Virus record (IMG/VR): IMGVR_UViG_3300009068_000031
Span: 1-64,000 of that record
Source of the DNA: an uncultured virus (IMG/VR IMGVR_UViG_3300009068_000031)
Taxonomy: Duplodnaviria > Heunggongvirae > Uroviricota > Caudoviricetes
DNA length: 64,000 bases
Direction: 5' to 3' (one strand)
Below are positions 58,495 to 64,000 of this stretch, one piece after another (within the stretch, counting starts at the first letter, position 1; each line of letters starts with the position of its first letter). The notes beneath the pieces were generated by a model, which was not told the DNA's origin, made no database searches, and worked only from the letters and a program-made list of their open reading frames with translations. A program made the translations under genes and the position numbers.

Positions 58495-59643
58495 ATGGAA
58501 GATATAAAAACTACTAGCTTGTGTGATATCTGTTATAGACACTGTGAAGCAGTGAGAGAAACAAGAGATTCTGGAGTGTATCTAACCAAGACTTGTGCTG
58601 AGCATGGCACACAAAACATTAGAATAGAAAGAGACGTAGAATTTTATAAGCAATTACACTATGATGTTTCAGGATACACCATTCCTCATGGGATCATGGT
58701 AGAAGTCACTGACCGATGTAATTTAAATTGTCCGCACTGTTATCATAAACCTGACAATAAACAAGCTGATAGACCCATTGAACAAATATTGGATCAGATT
58801 GAACATAGATTTCATGCAGAATCTGGTGCTGTGATATTGGCTGGTGCTGAACCCACTGTGCGCAAAGACTTGCCAGAATTAATTAGACAAATCAAAGCAT
58901 TATTGAAAAGATTAAACAGACCTGAAGACGTGTGCATATTGACCAATGGAGTAAAGTTGTCTGACAGAGCATGGGTGAAAGAAATCGCTGCTGCTGGAGC
59001 CACCATGGTGATGATTGGTTTGAATCATCATTCCTATCAAGGAGCAACTGTGCATCAAAAACAACTGCAAGGCATAGACAATTGTATTGCTGAAGGAATT
59101 TTTGTGTACTATGTGGGATATACATTGGAAAGTTTGGATCATATGGAACATGTTCTGGAAGAAATACAATCTTTAGGACATAAGAGTTGGCAATACAGAA
59201 TAAGAGCCGGATCAGACATAGGTAGATCTCCTGATGAACCTAGATTTTATCTCAGTGATCATGTCAAATTGATCAAACAAATTTGTGATCGCAAAGGGTG
59301 GACTTGGGAAAAACAACCTGCTGATGATAATCTTTATCATTACATGGTGAATATCAATGGCATAACTCATAGAATTATACAATGGAGTGATGTTAAAACC
59401 ATTGACTTGGAACAATTGAAGTGTGGACCTTGGTGTGATTTCGTGCCAGGCAAACCAGTCACTAATTTTTTACATCAAATTATGTTGCGTGATGCTGCTG
59501 TGAATAAAAAAATGATACTGTATGATACTGTGCCAGCATGTTATGGTATTCAATCAAAAAATATAGATTACAAACCTTCTCAATGGACCAATCGCAGTTG
59601 GGCTGACTGTAAAATTAAACAATCCAAAACAATTCAAAAATAA
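58495..59643 (+). CDS. Radical SAM enzyme with N-terminal CxxC...CxxH metal site (MJ0619/Tes/COG1964-like N-terminus)
   Basis: TTSLCDIC...VYLTKTCAEHG, EVTDRCNLNCPHC, AGAEPT and LTNG. Confidence 0.8.
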   Translation: MEDIKTTSLCDICYRHCEAVRETRDSGVYLTKTCAEHGTQNIRIERDVEFYKQLHYDVSGYTIPHGIMVEVTDRCNLNCPHCYHKPDNKQADRPIEQILDQIEHRFHAESGAVILAGAEPTVRKDLPELIRQIKALLKRLNRPEDVCILTNGVKLSDRAWVKEIAAAGATMVMIGLNHHSYQGATVHQKQLQGIDNCIAEGIFVYYVGYTLESLDHMEHVLEEIQSLGHKSWQYRIRAGSDIGRSPDEPRFYLSDHVKLIKQICDRKGWTWEKQPADDNLYHYMVNINGITHRIIQWSDVKTIDLEQLKCGPWCDFVPGKPVTNFLHQIMLRDAAVNKKMILYDTVPACYGIQSKNIDYKPSQWTNRSWADCKIKQSKTIQK

Positions 59644-59649
59644 AATTAA

Positions 59650-60798
59650 TTAGTGTAGGTTGACCCAGGCTGCACCATCGTACACCTGTACTTTGTTGGT
59701 AGCTGCTGGTGAGGTACCACTCACCATGAATATTAATTGTCCTTTCAATGCTGTGCCATAAGCAGTTCTTGCTGTGTCATTGGCAGCGACGGCCAATCTC
59801 ACAGGACCTGCAAATTTTGCAGCACCATTCACATCCAGTGTGGCAGTGGGAGAGGTCATATTCACACCCAATTGTCCATCTGCATCAAAAACTAATCCTC
59901 GTAAGGTTGCTCCACCATCTGCAGATGTTCCAAAACTAATTTTTCCTGGTACTGCGTTTGGTCCTACAGGATTGCTGGTGTCAGGATCAATGTCAAAAGA
60001 TATAGCGCTGGAAAATCTGTAATCAGTGCCATCATAGCCATTGGCCACTATAGTGAACAATGGATCACCTTGTTGTACTGAAGTAGGAATACTTAAAGAG
60101 CCTCTGGATACTTGAATTTCAAAACTGTCACCAACAATACCATTTGTTAATGAATTAATTTCAATAGATTTGTTAGTAAGCACAGGCGATTTAATTCTTA
60201 ACCCTACTCCTAATGCTGAAGTGTTGGTGCCTAATTGTATGTTGTCTAATCCGTTCAACAGAGTCACCACGTTGTCTGTGATTACCACATCACCGTTGCT
60301 GACCACATTGGTAGCAGGGTTGGTGCTCAATAATAATGTGCCTGCTGTGCTGTACACATCTGCTTTGATTCTTTTTTGTATGGCATCCAACATTGCTGTG
60401 GAGTCATCTGCAAACACTGAACCGTTGAGATCTCCTGTGACATCACCTGACACATTGCCTATTAAATTTCCTGTGACATTGCCTGTGACATTACCACTTA
60501 AATTTCCTGTGACATTGCCTGTAAGAGCACCTGTGAATGCACCATACACATTGTCAAACCAACCTTCGGCCCATCTGTTGCCTGTGGCACCAATGTCTCT
60601 TGTGCTGTCCACATCTGGAGTAACATCTGATGCAATGCCTGAAAACGCCACAGTGCCTGTGTCCACAGCCACACCACCCAAAGTTGTACCATCACCTGTG
60701 AACAGTTTTTTGGTGTCTGTAGTGTAGATTAATTCTCCTTCTGCTGGAGTTATCAGTAATCTTTGTGCGTTTGTGCCACGTCTTATTTTGAATGCCAT
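59650..60798 (-). CDS. Tail fibre-like protein with Mtd/hyaluronidase-type N-terminal anchor
   Basis: KIRRGT...PAEGELIYTTDTKKLFTGDG, GNVTGN repeats and GVNMTSPTATLDVNG. AGGAG SD upstream. Confidence 0.7.
   Translation of the reverse strand: MAFKIRRGTNAQRLLITPAEGELIYTTDTKKLFTGDGTTLGGVAVDTGTVAFSGIASDVTPDVDSTRDIGATGNRWAEGWFDNVYGAFTGALTGNVTGNLSGNVTGNVTGNLIGNVSGDVTGDLNGSVFADDSTAMLDAIQKRIKADVYSTAGTLLLSTNPATNVVSNGDVVITDNVVTLLNGLDNIQLGTNTSALGVGLRIKSPVLTNKSIEINSLTNGIVGDSFEIQVSRGSLSIPTSVQQGDPLFTIVANGYDGTDYRFSSAISFDIDPDTSNPVGPNAVPGKISFGTSADGGATLRGLVFDADGQLGVNMTSPTATLDVNGAAKFAGPVRLAVAANDTARTAYGTALKGQLIFMVSGTSPAATNKVQVYDGAAWVNLH
60462..60522. repeat. 25-bp direct repeat (TTAAATTTCCTGTGACATTGCCTGT x2, period 36) within the GNVTGN-repeat coding region
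   Basis: Copies at 60462-60486 and 60498-60522. Confidence 0.8.
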
Positions 60799-60831
60799 AT
60801 TGTGCGTTGCTCCTAATGTCTTATTACTGTG

Positions 60832-60839
60832 TATTTATA
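60832..60839 (-). promoter_or_regulatory. Perfect T4 late promoter TATAAATA
   Basis: Minus strand reads GTATAAATACAC upstream of the SD and the ATG at 60798. Confidence 0.75.
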
Positions 60840-60870
60840 CTGAATTAACAGTATTCATCACTTAAAAGTT

Positions 60871-61185
60871 TTATTTTTTAAAGAACTTTTTGGTGTGTTT
60901 TTCAATGTCCTTTTTGACCTTTTCAGTATCCAGCCTAAAATCCACATTCTTGATGCTGTTGGTGTAGTTTTTGAACAGTTCATTCAGTGTTTGTTCCAGC
61001 CTACTGTTGGTCATTTTTTTATGACTGTTTTTGACTTTGATTTCCCATTTTTTGCCATCATTAAATGTTACTTTTATGGCCAATAGGTACTCAATAGGTA
61101 TGGCATTCACTGTGACATCATTGAACACTTCTGGCCAATGATCCACAACATTTTTGGGCAGTGATTTTTTGCCAAAAATGACCAT
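60871..61185 (-). CDS. Hypothetical protein
   Basis: 104-aa ORF in a co-oriented minus-strand run. Confidence 0.6.
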   Translation of the reverse strand: MVIFGKKSLPKNVVDHWPEVFNDVTVNAIPIEYLLAIKVTFNDGKKWEIKVKNSHKKMTNSRLEQTLNELFKNYTNSIKNVDFRLDTEKVKKDIEKHTKKFFKK

Positions 61186-61191
61186 AATTGA

Positions 61192-61770
61192 TTATTCTGC
61201 TGACTTAGTTTTTAACTCGTCTGCTTGTTTTCTCAATCGTGCTGCTTCTTTGTACAATCTGTCTGCATCACTTCTTAATTTTGCAGCCAATTGTTCATCG
61301 GTCAACACAGACTCGTTTTTCACAGATTCCACAATGGGATTCACTATGTTTCTGGCCTGTGTGTTTGCTGGTGTATCGTTGCTGGCAGTGATGGCCAGTT
61401 CAGCAATTTTTAAACCTTTTTGTTGTGCTATGGCAGCATTCAATGCATCCAAACTGATAGTGGTGAATTGATTGGGAGTCATTTCTATTTGATTGCTCTT
61501 GACTTTTTTCATCAATTTTTTCACATGGAATCTAGCCAGCATGATGGAACCATCACCCAACGGGGCACGGGCCATAGCTTCTGCTAGTTCATATGAAGTT
61601 TGACTGGCAGCACTGTGAATTAAATCCATCAGTCTTGCATGTTCATCTGCATCCAAACCGCTGGTGGGTACCACCAATGCATGTTCTGGATCACTGGGCA
61701 ATACTCTGTAGACCACTCCCACCACTTCTTTGGTGTCTTTGAATCTACCCAAATGTTTCACTTCAGACAT
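61192..61770 (-). CDS. Hypothetical protein with C-terminal coiled coil
   Basis: 192-aa ORF coupled to the upstream gene. Confidence 0.6.
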   Translation of the reverse strand: MSEVKHLGRFKDTKEVVGVVYRVLPSDPEHALVVPTSGLDADEHARLMDLIHSAASQTSYELAEAMARAPLGDGSIMLARFHVKKLMKKVKSNQIEMTPNQFTTISLDALNAAIAQQKGLKIAELAITASNDTPANTQARNIVNPIVESVKNESVLTDEQLAAKLRSDADRLYKEAARLRKQADELKTKSAE

Positions 61771-62060
61771 TATTTTTTATCTCCCACAGGTGCTGCTGTT
61801 GCTGCTGGAGCAGATTTAGCTGCTGCCGCTTGTTGAGCTTGAATGGCATTCAAAAAAGATTCAAGTTTGTTGTAGGTTGTTCCTACGGCTTGCATCTCAT
61901 TGGCTTTGAAAGCACCTCTCTGTGATGCCACGTCAATGATAGCTTTGATAGTGTTTAAATCCTGCACAGTTAAATCTCCTGATTTTAAATCAGCTTCTGG
62001 TGCTGCAGCTTTTGGTGCAGCAGTGCTGGCTGTGGCAGTTTTTTTAGTTTCTTCGTTCAT
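61770..62060 (-). CDS. Hypothetical Ala-rich small protein
   Basis: AAGGAG SD before ATG 62060; TAAATA at 62095-62090 upstream. Confidence 0.6.
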   Translation of the reverse strand: MNEETKKTATASTAAPKAAAPEADLKSGDLTVQDLNTIKAIIDVASQRGAFKANEMQAVGTTYNKLESFLNAIQAQQAAAAKSAPAATAAPVGDKK

Positions 62061-62092
62061 GTATGTTCTCCTTGTTGTATATACGAAATTAT

Positions 62093-62377
62093 TTAACTTC
62101 GATTCACATAAGGACAACTCAAAGTGAATATGGTGAGTTCTTTGGCTTCTTCAAAACCAATTTTTATCACATACTCCACTTTGTGTTCATGAGAGCTTTT
62201 GATTGTTTTTTCCAAAAAATATCTACTTTTTAAATTGATTCTAATCCAATTATTGATCTTGTCTTCCATGCCATAATCGAATTTGATTTCCAAATATGTG
62301 AAATGCGGCAGTGGTTTTTGAACTTTTCTAATACCAAAAAAGTTTAAAGGATTGGGTTCTCCAGTTTTCTGCAACAT
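62093..62377 (-). CDS. Hypothetical protein
   Basis: 94-aa ORF with TAATG coupling to the VWA gene. Confidence 0.55.
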   Translation of the reverse strand: MLQKTGEPNPLNFFGIRKVQKPLPHFTYLEIKFDYGMEDKINNWIRINLKSRYFLEKTIKSSHEHKVEYVIKIGFEEAKELTIFTLSCPYVNRS

Positions 62378-63615
62378 TAGTCTTCGTATTTGGTAGTGAT
62401 ACCAAACGGTGATTCAATTCTTTCGTTGTGATTGTTGTGTATCACAAACACGGTGTCACAGTAGTGAGGATCTCCCCAGCTGTCAAATGTGTATCCGTCT
62501 GTGAACATGATGAATTTTTTTGGTTGAATGTCATTCTTTTTCATGTACTCCCAGTTGCACATGAAATCTGTGCCACCACCACCGGTGATTTCATACTGGC
62601 TAATGTCACCATCTGTGGGACCATAGTCTTGTTCATTGTACACTTCTGTGTCAAAAGTCCACACTTTAATTCTATAATCTTTGTATTGATCCATGATGGA
62701 TTTGATTTCGCCTAAGAATATACTCAATTTTTTTTCATCAATGGATCCACTGGCATCAATGGCCACAGCCAAATCAATGGTCTGTTCAAACTGTGAACCT
62801 GGCAATACCACGCCTGTGTGCCAACCTTTGCGACTGGGTCTCATAAAACTGTAATCACTTTTGATGGTACTCTGTATCTGAGTCTGTAATATTTCTCTCC
62901 AATTCATTTTAGGATTGGTCATATTTTTTATGATTCTTTCCACTTCTTTGGGAAGATTACCAGCGCCTGTGGCTTGTGCTGATTGCAGTATGGAATCTTT
63001 GATCTCATCTCTAATTTTTCTCAATTCTTCTTTGCTGTATGCTGGTCTTTTTTGTTGGTCACCTTCTTTGCCGTCTTTTTTATCTTTACCGCCGCCGTTT
63101 TCGTCCTTGTCCCAATCCAAATGTTCATCCAACAATTGACCTAATTTTTGCAATTGTTTTTCATCATATTTTTTATAAATTTCATCATACACTCTTTCAG
63201 AACTCCAACCTTCATATTTGAAGTCTTGAAATATGGGAATGTCTTTGGGTTTTTCACCAATGTTGTCTCGCACCAATGTGTTGTTCACAATGTAATCACA
63301 AGCCACATTGTATATCTGTCTATCTCTCTGTTCATTTCTGCCAATGTGATCAAACACACAATGAAGTATTTCATGTGCTATCACAAATTCGATTTCTCTA
63401 GCAGAAAGTTTGCTAAAGAATTTTGTATTATAATAAAGATTTCTTCCATCAGTGGCTGCTGTGGGACACCATTCATCACATTCTTGAATGCCCAATCTAG
63501 TGGCCATGTTGCCAAAGAAAGGATGTCTCAACAACAATCCTACTCTTGCCACAATAATTTTATCCAATACTTCTTCTTGTAATTTGTTTAATTTTTCTTG
63601 TTTTTTAGTAGTCAT
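62377..63615 (-). CDS. DUF2201-type metallopeptidase plus C-terminal VWA domain protein
   Basis: TAATDG, HEILH (HExxH), MIDAS motif AIDASGS, GGGTDF and FTDG. Start set at ATG 63615. Confidence 0.8.
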   Translation of the reverse strand: MTTKKQEKLNKLQEEVLDKIIVARVGLLLRHPFFGNMATRLGIQECDEWCPTAATDGRNLYYNTKFFSKLSAREIEFVIAHEILHCVFDHIGRNEQRDRQIYNVACDYIVNNTLVRDNIGEKPKDIPIFQDFKYEGWSSERVYDEIYKKYDEKQLQKLGQLLDEHLDWDKDENGGGKDKKDGKEGDQQKRPAYSKEELRKIRDEIKDSILQSAQATGAGNLPKEVERIIKNMTNPKMNWREILQTQIQSTIKSDYSFMRPSRKGWHTGVVLPGSQFEQTIDLAVAIDASGSIDEKKLSIFLGEIKSIMDQYKDYRIKVWTFDTEVYNEQDYGPTDGDISQYEITGGGGTDFMCNWEYMKKNDIQPKKFIMFTDGYTFDSWGDPHYCDTVFVIHNNHNERIESPFGITTKYED

Positions 63616-63632
63616 AAGAATCTTTATTTGTA

Positions 63633-63658
63633 CACAGGGCACTCGAAAATGCCCTGTG
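63633..63658 (-). other. GC-rich intergenic RNA hairpin with a UUCG loop
   Basis: Minus strand reads CACAGGGCATT-TTCG-AGTGCCCTGTG, an 11-bp stem with one G-U pair. No U-tract follows. Confidence 0.6.
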
Positions 63659-63669
63659 AATGGTCACAG

Positions 63670-64000
63670 TTAAGCAACCTTTTGTGCGGCAATAACATAC
63701 TTGCCGTACTTTTCATGAAACTCATCGAAACATTTGATACTGTCTGGATCAATCGGTAATTGATATTGCGTAAGAGCAAGTTTAATGCCCATCACAACAA
63801 TTTCAGTATCGAAATTATCCATAGAAAATCTAAGAAATTTATTGACTTTATCATTAAACTTCTTGTCTTTCTTATCACATGCGTCTTTCAGTTCGTAGCA
63901 AAGGGAGACTGTTAAGGAATACATGGCACTGATTTCTTTAGTCTTCATTTTTTCTACCTTCCCTGACAAAATGTCAGACGGATTTGGTAGGTCCTTAGCC
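63670..64000 (-). CDS. C-terminal part of a probable MoxR-like AAA+ ATPase (partial)
   Basis: Frame stays open to the right edge (AKDLPNPSDILSGK...). The call rests on adjacency to the DUF2201-VWA gene; no Walker motifs lie in the window. Confidence 0.55.
   Translation of the reverse strand, partial: AKDLPNPSDILSGKVEKMKTKEISAMYSLTVSLCYELKDACDKKDKKFNDKVNKFLRFSMDNFDTEIVVMGIKLALTQYQLPIDPDSIKCFDEFHEKYGKYVIAAQKVA

Noticed and set aside
60440..60530. CRISPR-like repeat array
   Set aside because: Only two in-frame copies encoding GNVTGN peptide repeats; no spacers and no cas genes.
59650..60798. Diversity-generating retroelement target, suggested by the Mtd-like N-terminus
   Set aside because: No reverse transcriptase and no template/variable repeat pair differing at adenines was seen in the window.
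61770..62060. RiPP precursor peptide for the radical SAM cluster
   Set aside because: It lies outside the island, has no Cys or aromatic core or repeated leader motif, and no RRE/PqqD-like partner was recognised.
63633..63658. Rho-independent terminator
   Set aside because: The stem is strong but no U-rich tail follows in the direction of transcription, so it is kept only as a structural hairpin.
1..64000. Stop-codon reassignment as seen in some jumbo phages
   Set aside because: Genes are full-length and densely packed in the standard code, and TAA, TAG and TGA all occur at plausible gene ends.

Overview
Window from a large, AT-rich, T4-like myovirus (probably a jumbo phage) read in the standard genetic code. 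No rRNA, tRNA, CRISPR array or mobile element was recognised. From left to right it contains: (1) a gp46/gp47-like recombination nuclease pair and a gp55-like late sigma factor (minus strand), with host sigma70-type promoters in front of gp55 and gp47; (2) a plus-strand baseplate and tail module with a tube initiator-like protein, LysM/gp53-like protein, hub, gp5-like spike, gp25, gp6, a 4895-aa gp7-like giant, three paralogous tail fibres and a Thr/Ser/Asn-rich protein; (3) a ~25-kb enzyme island (34.3-59.6 kb) with 4 glycosyltransferase-like proteins, 8 radical SAM enzymes, 7 Fe(II)/2OG-type oxygenases, a methyltransferase, an SGNH hydrolase, a QueC-like PP-loop ATPase, 2 atypical kinase-fold proteins, an SDR, an amidinotransferase, a class III aminotransferase and a GNAT; (4) another tail-fibre-like gene, small hypotheticals, and a MoxR-like ATPase with a metallopeptidase-VWA partner. 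The main finding is that every transcription unit of the island begins at a T4-type late promoter core (TAAATA or TAAGTA), the same element that drives the baseplate and tail genes. An 18-bp dyad motif (ATTAACTG-NN-CAGTTAAT) sits next to three of these promoters, including one inside the promoter of the late sigma gene. This suggests, as inference only, a late-expressed biosynthetic system that chemically decorates virion proteins. All product calls come from motif recognition by eye, not from database searches.
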